From positions 105,279 to 169,278 of the forward strand of contig JAWKSP010000002.1 of assembly GCA_041389025.1 (NCBI GenBank): DNA of 64,000 nt, given 5' to 3'. The notes beneath the pieces are model-generated. The model did no database searches and had not been told where the DNA came from. It saw only the letters and a list, made by a program, of their open reading frames with translations. This document shows, piece after piece, positions 8,224-17,003 of the stretch. Each line of letters starts with the position of its first letter. The stretch's first letter is position 1. The position numbers and the translations under genes were made by a program. The stretch comes from Minisyncoccota bacterium. GTDB lineage: Bacteria; Patescibacteriota; Minisyncoccia; Phycocordibacterales; UBA918.

Positions 8224-9321
8224 TTAAGAGAATAATAAGAGTAAAATTATCATCAAAAGTGCCGTGATAACCAACATAGTAACAAACACCAACAAAACCG
8301 GGAATTGTGTATTCTTATGTCGTCGACTAACAAGACGTCTAGTCGAACCTCCGGTCATGACAGCTACTGTTCTTTTAATATAAATTTTAACCCCAAAATA
8401 CACTACTAGGAAAAATACGAGTAGACCAACCAGAGCCGGACCAACTATTTTCATTGGTAAAACCCAAAAAGTAACTGTACTGGTCATGGTTTTCATAGCT
8501 CCGGCATCGCCATATACAGCACTTAAAACAGCTTCATATCGTCCAAAACCAGGTGTCTCGTCTTGCCAATTTATTTCATAGTCTCTGACGGTCGGTCCGT
8601 TTTTAGTCATTGGAAATACCCCAGCTCCGTTCTCATTAAAGGTTATATTAGCTACTTGTTTTCCAAACATATTTGTCACTTCCAACGGTCCGATTGGCTT
8701 TACCAAAGTATTACCTTCATTTTCAATCCTGACTAAAAAATTTACATCAATACTCGAGTGTATATACTTTTCAGTTGAAAACTGTCTTATTTGTGCGGAC
8801 TCTACAACCTCTCCAGCGATGCGCATGCTTATTATATTTGCCACCTCATAACCGATACTGGCTCCACTAGAACGCATTTCAGGAGGTTCTACCGAAACCA
8901 CAATTGCACCAAAGTGTCCACCGGGAGTAGCGTCTTCCGGTGCCTGTAGGACAAAGGGTACAGCTCGTGCTTCTCCAGCTGGTATAAACACAGAGTCTTG
9001 CTCTAAGGTAATCCATTCACTAAGTTCATATCCGCTACGCTCTGTTTTTGAGTTTGCAAAAACTGGAACGCCACCCGGAGCAACATCAACGATATCTCTT
9101 CTTGATAAATAAAAAGTCTGATCGATACCACTTAGGTTACTAACTGAAACAGAAAAAGATCTGGTTTCACCCGGCTCCAACTTATCAGTTATACTAGCCG
9201 GTTTTATACCAACACCAGCTTCCTCTTGTGCGCTTACAATACTAATAAATGAAACAAATAATAAAAAAATAATTACCGCCAACCTAAATGTAATAGTGGC
9301 AAAATGATGTGCAAAATTCAT
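8224..9321 (-). CDS. Cell-surface protein with signal peptide, Ig-like body, a C-terminal TM anchor and a basic tail. The architecture resembles DUF916/DUF3324 proteins of WxL loci (inference).
   Basis: Signal peptide ...ISIVSAQEE. Beta-rich body GIKPASITDKLEPGETRSFSVSVSNLSG. C-terminal anchor LVGLLVFFLVVYFGVKIYIKRTVAV followed by RRLVSRRHK. Confidence 0.45.
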   Translation of the reverse strand: MNFAHHFATITFRLAVIIFLLFVSFISIVSAQEEAGVGIKPASITDKLEPGETRSFSVSVSNLSGIDQTFYLSRRDIVDVAPGGVPVFANSKTERSGYELSEWITLEQDSVFIPAGEARAVPFVLQAPEDATPGGHFGAIVVSVEPPEMRSSGASIGYEVANIISMRIAGEVVESAQIRQFSTEKYIHSSIDVNFLVRIENEGNTLVKPIGPLEVTNMFGKQVANITFNENGAGVFPMTKNGPTVRDYEINWQDETPGFGRYEAVLSAVYGDAGAMKTMTSTVTFWVLPMKIVGPALVGLLVFFLVVYFGVKIYIKRTVAVMTGGSTRRLVSRRHKNTQFPVLLVFVTMLVITALLMIILLLLFS

Positions 9322-9438
9322 AATTAAAACACATATATAATATCATTTGACTGTATAAAAAAATAAAACAAATTAACAGTTTACCAAATAAAAAACCACC
9401 AATAATATGGTGGTTTTTTATTTGGTAAATGAAATTTA

Positions 9439-10524
9439 CTAGAAAGTTGGTGTAGCAATATACATAAGTGTTGCTGTATAGTCGTCAGCTGCTTCCTGAA
9501 GCGGTGTCACTTCAATTTGGTAGCCAACTTTTGCCAAACCGTAGTCTTGTGTAGTTCCGTCAGACGGACCGTTGTGTGAAAAAATCTGACGTGGTGTAGT
9601 ACTTGCCGCGACCCATCGATCCCCGCCTGTGCCTACATTGAACTCATTGGCATTCAAGTCTGAGTCATCAGAAGTAAGACCCCAGTGTCCCCATGTATTC
9701 TCATCCAGCAAAGAATCTCCGGGTGACTGCCATGCTGCAGGTGTATCTACATAAGTTCCGTCAGTAAATCCGTCAATATCGGCACCAGTTGATGATTGCA
9801 AGTTACCGTCCTGTTCTACAGTAACAACAAATCCATTAATAGCGTTGGTTGTAACTCTAAGCTCTTGTCCAAGAGTGTATACAGTGTCTGATGAAAGTAC
9901 ACCGAACGGTATGGTAGTTGTACCAGTAGTTCCGGTGGTACTAGCGTTATTAACTGAGGTAGAAGTTGCCAAACCTGAAATTGTAAAGTCAAAAGTGGTA
10001 TCAATCACAGCACTGACTGTTACATAATCTACAATTGCTACTCTTGTCTGACCACTATCTGATGCTGTGGTAACGGTAAATTCATAAGATTGAATTGAAG
10101 CTGGGTTTGTCACCACACCATCAGCTATAACAATTCTCACCTCTTCTCCAGCAGCCGCAGCGACGTTATCAAAAGAGACATCCTGTCCAACCGCCGAAAA
10201 GTTTCCAATTGTTTCCGGAGCACCTCCCTCAACCGTCACAGTTAGGTTTCCAGATACTAGAGTGTTTACTCCAGTGAAGCCGGTTGGGAAATTAACATTT
10301 ACAGTATCGCCTGTTCCTAGTGATGAACCGGTAGGAATAGTAAATTTGATATCATGACCGGAAGTTACACTTGGTCCTGAGTCGGTTAATGTGTTACTAA
10401 CTTCTGTTAGGTTAGCTGCTTGTGCGGTCGAGTAAGCTCCGAGTGACCAGAGTACGACAGCGCACGCAACGAGCATCGCGACTACCCGGTGCGTAAAGCC
10501 AACTTTTGTTGGTATTACGTACAT
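9439..10524 (-). CDS. Secreted beta-rich surface protein with a Thr-rich segment (TTGTTGTTT). The C-terminal region is WxL-domain-like (inference).
   Basis: Signal peptide ending AYSTAQA. C-terminal motifs NTWGHWGLTSDD and DYTATLMYIATPTF resemble the two conserved WxL motifs (W-x-L ... Y-t-x-t-L-t-W-t-L-t-x-x-P) with W replaced by Y in the second. Confidence 0.4.
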   Translation of the reverse strand: MYVIPTKVGFTHRVVAMLVACAVVLWSLGAYSTAQAANLTEVSNTLTDSGPSVTSGHDIKFTIPTGSSLGTGDTVNVNFPTGFTGVNTLVSGNLTVTVEGGAPETIGNFSAVGQDVSFDNVAAAAGEEVRIVIADGVVTNPASIQSYEFTVTTASDSGQTRVAIVDYVTVSAVIDTTFDFTISGLATSTSVNNASTTGTTGTTTIPFGVLSSDTVYTLGQELRVTTNAINGFVVTVEQDGNLQSSTGADIDGFTDGTYVDTPAAWQSPGDSLLDENTWGHWGLTSDDSDLNANEFNVGTGGDRWVAASTTPRQIFSHNGPSDGTTQDYGLAKVGYQIEVTPLQEAADDYTATLMYIATPTF

Positions 10525-10852
10525 GTTTATTTATTTATTATTTTTACTAAATAACTGAAGTCATTTTTTCATTTGATAGAGAATGAAATAGCGACTAGTC
10601 GGTTGAAATTTTTTCTGTGGAGAGACATTTAAAAAAATTTTGTTTGAAAAGTAAGCCAAAATTTTTAATGTCAACCTCAACCGTCTGAGACCATTATAAT
10701 TTTAATAAGACGTTTTGTCTGAAATCTTATGTTGATAACTTGTAAAGAACAAGACAATATTATTAAATTTAACCTTATTTTTAAATTTGTTTTTAAATTT
10801 TAAGAGACTTACTTTTACAACTTTGTTAAGTACTAATGTCTGTTTTATTTTT

Positions 10853-12133
10853 CTAATGTACAATTTTTATTTTTTGCCAATCAGTAGTGTAAGCAGGTGA
10901 AATACGGTCTTTTTTGTTTAGCCAAATTCTTTTTTTACGATCAGGTAAGCTCCCTAACCTCAACATATCTTGCCTGTTTTTTTGGTTTACTGAAAAGAGT
11001 AAGTTGGTCAGTTCCGCCTTATTTTTAGTATTATCAGGAATTGGGAATAATGAATTTGTTTTTTCCTGTTCAACCACCAATCCAGATAACATAACCCCAG
11101 CTTTTTTATACTGAATAGAAGGTTTGTAATTTATTTCAAGTAAATTTATTGCTTCTTTTGTTAAAGTAAATAAATCTCTAGTTGACTCATTTAAAATAAC
11201 TTCTAATTTAGAATTGAGTATAAGGGATTTATTATTAAAACTGGGTTTAATACTTATTCGCAAAATTTTTGCTTCTAATTTGGTTGCATACAAGGTACTG
11301 ACACATTTAAAAACGTGGTATTTTATAGCTTCTTTTAAATCATTTATGTCATTTGTAGATTGACTAAAAGAACGTGAGTTCATAATACTTTTTTGTAAAT
11401 CTTTCTTAAAATTAATCGGAAAAACTATCTCTCCCATAAGCTCGTCTTGCAGCCTAACACCAAAAACCCCAAACCAGTCATTGAGTTGACGTTTTGAGAC
11501 ATTAAATAAATCTTTTACTGTTACTAAACCATAATCATTAAACATCCTTACCTTATCTTGACCAACTCCCCACAACTCTGAAAGTTTAATCTTCTCAGAT
11601 CTTTGTTTCCAGGTCTTCATCGACCAAACTTCTACTCCAGTTTTTGTCTTTTTAGAAATCTTGTTTACATATTTAGCTTGTGTCTTTGATGAAGCTACGC
11701 CAATGGAGACCGGAACGCCTACGTGTCTTTCCACCTTATTTTTTACTCTAATCATTTCTTTAAAATCAAAATCTGTTTTAAAAAAACACTCATCAATTGA
11801 ATATCTTTCTACCTTACCCACTTCACCTTCTACGGTTACAAAAACACGCTTTGCTATATCTTTATATAAAGCAAAGTTAGCTGGAAAAGTTACTATTTTT
11901 CTGTCCTTTATTATGTCTTTTATATGGAAATAAGGGACACCCATTGCTATACCCATGTCTTTTACTTCCTGAGATCGTGCTACCACACAACCTTCATCAC
12001 TAGAAAGTACTAGAACTGGTTTTTCTCTTAAATCTGGTCTAAACAACCGCTCACAAGAAACAAAGAAATTATTACAATCTAAAACACCGATTTTATCGGT
12101 GTTCGCTTCTAATATTTCTCTATTATCTAGCAT
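10853..12133 (-). CDS. umuC: Y-family translesion DNA polymerase, UmuC-like.
   Basis: LDCNNFFVSCERLFRPDLREKPVLVLSSDEGCVVARS aligns with E. coli UmuC CDVNAFYASCETVFRPDLWGKPVVVLSNNDGCVIARN. Other matches: YSIDECFF (YSIDEAF) and YKKAGVML (YQKAGVML). Confidence 0.9.
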   Translation of the reverse strand: MLDNREILEANTDKIGVLDCNNFFVSCERLFRPDLREKPVLVLSSDEGCVVARSQEVKDMGIAMGVPYFHIKDIIKDRKIVTFPANFALYKDIAKRVFVTVEGEVGKVERYSIDECFFKTDFDFKEMIRVKNKVERHVGVPVSIGVASSKTQAKYVNKISKKTKTGVEVWSMKTWKQRSEKIKLSELWGVGQDKVRMFNDYGLVTVKDLFNVSKRQLNDWFGVFGVRLQDELMGEIVFPINFKKDLQKSIMNSRSFSQSTNDINDLKEAIKYHVFKCVSTLYATKLEAKILRISIKPSFNNKSLILNSKLEVILNESTRDLFTLTKEAINLLEINYKPSIQYKKAGVMLSGLVVEQEKTNSLFPIPDNTKNKAELTNLLFSVNQKNRQDMLRLGSLPDRKKRIWLNKKDRISPAYTTDWQKIKIVH

Positions 12134-12158
12134 TAGCTATATTGTAACCTGTCTCTAT

Positions 12159-13346
12159 TTATCTCCAAATTTTCTTATCTTCTTCACCGTCAATTTTAAA
12201 ATATGCCACTCCAGCTAAATTATATTTTTCAGCTAATTCTATTTTTTCTTTTGCTGCTTTTGCATCAGAATAGGTAATGAAACGTACAGTCACTTCTTGA
12301 CCAGTCATATTAGCGAACAATAGTGCTCTAGCGGCATTTTCAAACCCTTCTGGTGTTCCTTCGGGTACCGGCAAAGCTGTTAAAACTCTATAAGGTGAAG
12401 TGTCTGGAAAGTAACTGATAACCGCCTCCCCACCGGCAGTTCGACCAATTGGTGAATCGTATTTTTCAGCCAACTCCTTAATTCTTGGTATATTTAAAGA
12501 AGCTACTTTAATGTAATCTCTATACCAATTCGGAGAAACTTTTACATCCCAAGCTCGACCATAAGTCGGTACTCCTAAAAAAACTTTTTCTTCCGGAAAA
12601 TCTTCCAAAGCTAAGACGAGAACCTTCTCTACCCAATCAATATCAGCCACCGGCATATACGGTACACCAGCTCTTTCTTCATTAAGCTTTATATCAGCTC
12701 GTTGCTGATCATAGGCCATTATTTCAATTCGATCACAATAACGTCCAATTTTGTTGTAATTATTGGCATATTCTATTTTTTCCGGCACTTCTCGCCAACG
12801 AGATTCTGTAGGAGTCCGTGCTTCTATTGCGCAAGTTAGTTCTTTAGAACCTAAAGCTTGATTTAATTCACGTAAAAAATCTGAAAAATAATCTATAGTT
12901 TCAGACTTTTTTTGTTCATAATCAATGTTTATCCCAGCAAAATCATTATCATCTACCAAGTCTTCAATTTCTTTTATATGTTGTTTTCTTTTCTTTTTAT
13001 CACTTAAGACCTCATGAATAGCTTCACCATCAAACCAAGCAATAGTAGGAATAACTTCTACTCTTTTCTTTTTAGCTTGCCGAAACAAATCTTTCCATTC
13101 CTTAGAATCTAAGTCAGTTTTTGCTACGATTTCTTCCTTCTCATTAATTTCATAGACAAATGGGTAAATAGTATCTAATTTATTAAGATTCTTCTTGGTA
13201 CTTGCTATACCTTCCTTATCTTGCCACCACGGTATCCAGCCAGCTGTCTCCAAGCCTTTAGCGCTAGCTGTTGGTAAAATACTAAAAGATACTAATAAAA
13301 TTAGCAAAAAAGCCGTAGTTTGTTTTAAAATCACTTTATTATTCAT
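12159..13346 (-). CDS. Secreted glycoside hydrolase family 18-like protein (chitinase or chitin-binding type). The catalytic motif is variant: [10 protein letters not shown].
   Basis: Signal peptide ...ILPTASA. GWIPWW is an N-terminal GH18 motif. AGINIDYE corresponds to DGxDxDWE with the first Asp replaced by Asn. [10 protein letters not shown] matches the GH18 LGxPxYGR motif. Confidence 0.65.
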   Translation of the reverse strand: MNNKVILKQTTAFLLILLVSFSILPTASAKGLETAGWIPWWQDKEGIASTKKNLNKLDTIYPFVYEINEKEEIVAKTDLDSKEWKDLFRQAKKKRVEVIPTIAWFDGEAIHEVLSDKKKRKQHIKEIEDLVDDNDFAGINIDYEQKKSETIDYFSDFLRELNQALGSKELTCAIEARTPTESRWREVPEKIEYANNYNKIGRYCDRIEIMAYDQQRADIKLNEERAGVPYMPVADIDWVEKVLVLALEDFPEEKVFLGVPTYGRAWDVKVSPNWYRDYIKVASLNIPRIKELAEKYDSPIGRTAGGEAVISYFPDTSPYRVLTALPVPEGTPEGFENAARALLFANMTGQEVTVRFITYSDAKAAKEKIELAEKYNLAGVAYFKIDGEEDKKIWR

Positions 13347-13391
13347 ATTTTTTAGTTATTAATCTTTAATGACGTTTTCTTACCCTAAAAC

Positions 13392-13868
13392 TTACCTAAA
13401 ATCACGCACACTAGCAGTTACTACACCCCAAACAAAACAATCGTCATTTTCGTTGATAATAATTGGCTTATAGTCTTTGTTGGCTGATACAAGCTCAGTT
13501 TGATTGTTTTTTATCTTTAGATACTTTACCACCATTTCTCCATAAACAGCAGCAATAACTATTTTTCCCGAAACTAAAGGCAATGAACGGTCTACTACTA
13601 AGATATCACCAGAAAAGATACCAGCCCCTTCCATTGAATCTCCTTCAATTCTGACAAAGAAAGTTGAATTTGGGTTATTTACCAGCAATTCATTTAAATC
13701 TAAAGTTTTTTCAACCAAGTCATCTCCCATCATCGGAAAGCCAGCCGCAGGACGTGAGCTATACAAGGGTAAATCAATTTTAAAATCAGCTGAATAAGTC
13801 ATTACAGCGGTGACTTTTAAAGTTTTTTCCATACTCTTAATTTTAGCATTAAAATTAAGTAAACTCAT
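13392..13868 (-). CDS. umuD: UmuD, an S24 LexA-like self-cleaving peptidase and translesion-polymerase accessory subunit.
   Basis: AAGFP (Ala-Gly cleavage site), RIEGDSMEGAGIFSGDILVVDRS, and IVIAAVYGEMVVKYL align closely with E. coli UmuD. Confidence 0.85.
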   Translation of the reverse strand: MSLLNFNAKIKSMEKTLKVTAVMTYSADFKIDLPLYSSRPAAGFPMMGDDLVEKTLDLNELLVNNPNSTFFVRIEGDSMEGAGIFSGDILVVDRSLPLVSGKIVIAAVYGEMVVKYLKIKNNQTELVSANKDYKPIIINENDDCFVWGVVTASVRDFR

Positions 13869-14136
13869 TAAGAGTTTAGATTTTTTAAATACTTTATTTT
13901 TTAAAGTTATTTTATAATATATACTTATATATACATTTGTGATATAATCGTACTCTCGCTAAATAGCTTGGCTATGAAGCGAGATATTTTGTTTATTAAA
14001 AAGGAGATATTATGACAAAAAAGTTCTTTTAGTAGTACTGGTTGTTTTTTTACTTTTTATAAACCACACAAAAGCCGGACTAATTGCTGTAAATGTTCTC
14101 TATGAACACACCCTAGCAACTAACGAAGGCTTAGTT

Positions 14137-14352
14137 ATGGCGATCGGAATAACACAAGATAGTAATTTTGATTTTCCTAATTTTGATCATACCGACCTTA
14201 TACATACCGTAAAGGATGTACAGACCGGTAGAACTTGGGATTTTCATTCTGTTTCTAACAACAACGTACACACAGTAGATGAACCTGAAACTTGGTTTCT
14301 GTTACTAACTAGTATGTTGATTGTGTTATTTATTATCACAAGAAAAGTTTAA
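14137..14352 (+). CDS. Small protein with a C-terminal sorting-signal-like tail (DEPETW, then a hydrophobic stretch, then RKV). The reading frame stays open upstream to an RBS-bearing ATG at 14012 that is out of frame at an A6 run.
   Basis: AAAGGAG-N5-ATG at 14012 gives MTKKFF then a stop. The +2 frame from 14014 reads DKKVLLVVLVVFLLFINHTKAGLIAVNV... continuously into the 14137 ORF. This suggests a frameshift or sequencing error in AAAAAA at 14017-14022. Confidence 0.35.
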   Translation: MAIGITQDSNFDFPNFDHTDLIHTVKDVQTGRTWDFHSVSNNNVHTVDEPETWFLLLTSMLIVLFIITRKV

Positions 14353-14443
14353 GCAACCATGAGGGCAATCCTTTTATTTTAGAGGATTGTCCTCTTTTTT
14401 ATATTTTTATTACACTGAAAGGCTAAAGTACGAACAGGTTTAA

Positions 14444-15337
14444 TTAGTAACCATAATTAAACCGACTAAATACCATCATTTCCTGACAAGGAGTTTTATA
14501 GGTATCTATATCCTTTAATTTGGAACTTTCTTCGTTCCTAAAATAATACTGAGCTCTTTTCTTCATTATTTCGCGTTGTTCTCGCATTTCTTCACGACTA
14601 TGAAAATCATCATAAAACCAAGGAAATACTCCACAAACATGTATTTTGGGTGGTTTAATTCCCAAAACTTGCCCCACCACTTTCACATTTTGACCGGTAC
14701 CAAGCCTTTTTATATCATCGTCATCCAATTCAGTAGTAACTAAACCCCAGCGAGTATTATATATATCGACAAACAAAGCTTCTGAATTATCATTATTCAT
14801 TTCATAAACCTGACCGATTATGCGACCAGCCACTGGGCTTTGCCAAAGTCTAAGCTCAATTTTCTCCTGTGAATTATATAAAGAAATATAATGCCCTAAC
14901 CACCTATCTGCACTAAAACCGATTCCACTAGTTTGCAACAAGACACCACCGACAAAACTAACTCCCACACTTAAACCAACTACCACCAAAAGCGAATAAC
15001 GATAACCTCTCTTAGTATGCCTTATGTTGTAAGTAGCTAAAATAATCATTAAAAATAGTAAAAAAAACCATAAAAAAGGTAAGACCTCTACCATAAAAGT
15101 GAGGAAATTATCGTGAGTGGCTTCATATAAGGCATATTGACGATAACCAATCACAAACAAAGTAATAGCTACAGCTATCGCTCCTACTCCAGTACTTAGA
15201 AACCAGAAAAACCAGAAAATTATTTCTTTAACTAGAAAAAAAGCCTTTGGTCGGGGATTTAAATCGTTCTCTTTTAAACGCTCCAAGACACTGGTTTTTA
15301 AGTCTTTCTCTGGATTTTTACCATTCATACTTTTCAT
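14444..15337 (-). CDS. Membrane protein, putative anti-sigma factor. Its start overlaps the stop of the ECF sigma gene by 4 bp.
   Basis: ATGA overlap with the upstream sigma gene. Multiple TM helices. No recognisable enzymatic motif. Confidence 0.45.
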   Translation of the reverse strand: MKSMNGKNPEKDLKTSVLERLKENDLNPRPKAFFLVKEIIFWFFWFLSTGVGAIAVAITLFVIGYRQYALYEATHDNFLTFMVEVLPFLWFFLLFLMIILATYNIRHTKRGYRYSLLVVVGLSVGVSFVGGVLLQTSGIGFSADRWLGHYISLYNSQEKIELRLWQSPVAGRIIGQVYEMNNDNSEALFVDIYNTRWGLVTTELDDDDIKRLGTGQNVKVVGQVLGIKPPKIHVCGVFPWFYDDFHSREEMREQREIMKKRAQYYFRNEESSKLKDIDTYKTPCQEMMVFSRFNYGY

Positions 15338-15975
15338 ATACGTATATAATCTTGATTTAATGCATTTAAAAGTTGTTTTTTTCCACGATGTATCAGTGTA
15401 CCAACCGATCCAATAGGAATCTTGAGCACATCTGAAATCTCATCATACTCCAGATGCTCAAAATACCGCAAAATTAATACTTGTTTATATTTTTCATCAA
15501 TCCTTTCTAAGGCCTTGCCTACTTCTTCAATGTTTATTTTTTGATCAAAAGCAATATCGGGAGTATCATCAGATGAATCGATCAACTTTAAAACTTCGTC
15601 GCTATCAGCAATCAAATGTCCCTCTGGTCTTACCGTATGCTTACGGTACCAGCTAATTGCTTCATTATGAGCTATCCTATATATCCAAGCAGAAAAAGAC
15701 AAAGACCTATCAAAACTATTTAAATTTTTATAAGCTTTTATAAATATTTCCTGCAACACATCCAATTGATCATCTGGATTCTTAACACCCAAGCGGTTGA
15801 TATAACGCTTCAACTTAGCTTCATAACGTTCCACAATAAAACCAAAAGAACTCCGTTCACGGAGTGTCATTTCAACTAATTCTTTATCAGTTGGCTGATT
15901 CTGTTCCATACACGATAGAGTATTTACTATGGTGACACAGATCAGAGTAAAATAAAAACAATAAAACTCATACAA
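15334..15975 (-). CDS. RNA polymerase sigma factor, ECF (sigma-70 group 4) type. The likely true start is the internal Met at 15909.
   Basis: Region 2: FSAWIYRIAHNEAISWYRK. Region 4 helix-turn-helix: YKQVLILRYFEHLEYDEISDVLKIPIGSVGTLIHRGKKQL. Confidence 0.8.
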   Translation of the reverse strand: MYEFYCFYFTLICVTIVNTLSCMEQNQPTDKELVEMTLRERSSFGFIVERYEAKLKRYINRLGVKNPDDQLDVLQEIFIKAYKNLNSFDRSLSFSAWIYRIAHNEAISWYRKHTVRPEGHLIADSDEVLKLIDSSDDTPDIAFDQKINIEEVGKALERIDEKYKQVLILRYFEHLEYDEISDVLKIPIGSVGTLIHRGKKQLLNALNQDYIRI

Positions 15976-16035
15976 AACATATCTGATTCTCGGTCAAACT
16001 TGCAATATTCATGTTTTTATTGCATTGTATAAGGT

Positions 16036-16746
16036 ATGAGTTTCCCTATGCGAATAAACAAATACCTAGCTGAACAAAAAATCGCCTCCAGACGTGAGGC
16101 CGACGCCATGATTGAGTCTGGAGAAGTACTGGTTAACGGTAAAAAAGCGGTACTTGGCCAACAAGTGTCCGAAGGTGATACGATAGAGCTCGTGGGCAAG
16201 CCCAAAAAACACATCTACCTTGCCTACTACAAAGGCCGTGGTGTTATTACTCATTCTCCAGCCGAACACGAAATTGATATCGCTACTAGACTTAAAAAAG
16301 ACTACGGTATTACCGGAATTGCTCCAATTGGTCGTTTAGACAAAGACTCTGAAGGATTAATGATACTAACAGACGACGGCCGTCTAACCGGACCGCTTCT
16401 TGACCCAGAAGCTAAGCATGAAAAAGAATATGACGTGACTTTGGATAAAGTAATTTCGACTAGTTTTCAAAAAATAATGAGTTTGGGAGTGGATATAGAA
16501 GGTTATAAAACTAAGCCAGCTAAAGTAGATCCTAATCCCAAAAATCCTAAACGTTTTAAGTTAACGATTACTGAAGGTAAAAAGCATCAAATTAGACGGA
16601 TGTGTGCAGCTCTAGGCTTTCAAGTACAGTCACTAAAACGAGTGAGGATTATGAATGTAGAGCTTGGTAGTTTAAAGCCAAATCAGTATCGAAAAATTAC
16701 CGATACTGAACTAAATACACTTTTAGGAAGCTTGGACTTAAAATAA
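16036..16746 (+). CDS. Pseudouridine synthase of the RsuA/RluB family, with an N-terminal S4 domain.
   Basis: INKYLAEQKIASRREADAMIESGEVLVNGK is the S4 domain. The catalytic motif is GRLDKDSEGLMILTDDG. EGKKHQIRRM is also conserved. Confidence 0.85.
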   Translation: MSFPMRINKYLAEQKIASRREADAMIESGEVLVNGKKAVLGQQVSEGDTIELVGKPKKHIYLAYYKGRGVITHSPAEHEIDIATRLKKDYGITGIAPIGRLDKDSEGLMILTDDGRLTGPLLDPEAKHEKEYDVTLDKVISTSFQKIMSLGVDIEGYKTKPAKVDPNPKNPKRFKLTITEGKKHQIRRMCAALGFQVQSLKRVRIMNVELGSLKPNQYRKITDTELNTLLGSLDLK

Positions 16747-16790
16747 TAAAAACAGTCGAAACTAAAAGTTTCAACTGTTTTTTTATTAAT
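16747..16790 (+). terminator. Rho-independent terminator after the pseudouridine synthase gene. It is bidirectional with the convergent gene 16794..16976.
   Basis: Stem AACAGTCGAAAC / GTTTCAACTGTT (11 of 12 bp paired) followed by TTTTTTTATT. Confidence 0.6.
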
Positions 16791-16793
16791 TTA

Positions 16794-16976
16794 TTATCTA
16801 AGCTCAGCCCAGTCTTTTTCGAAGCGTTCCATCCATTGCTTTTTACCTTCCTCACTGATGTCAGTAATAATCTCATTATGATCTTTCATATAGTGATTAT
16901 AAAGTTGTTTTAAAATATCATCTCTATTCTTAGTTTCAAAAGTAAGTTCACAATCATAACATTTAAATCTTTTCAT
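16794..16976 (-). CDS. Small conserved-looking hypothetical protein of 60 aa.
   Basis: MKRFKCYDCELTFETK... It has no TM segment and sits tightly between the terminator and typA. Function unknown. Confidence 0.4.
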   Translation of the reverse strand: MKRFKCYDCELTFETKNRDDILKQLYNHYMKDHNEIITDISEEGKKQWMERFEKDWAELR

Positions 16977-17003
16977 ATTACGTAATTATTATTATCAATA
17001 TGA

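Noticed and set aside
13964-14005. Tiny ORF MKRDILFIKKEIL overlapping the RBS of the 14012 start.
   Set aside because: It has no RBS of its own. The sequence is better explained as the leader and Shine-Dalgarno of the downstream gene.
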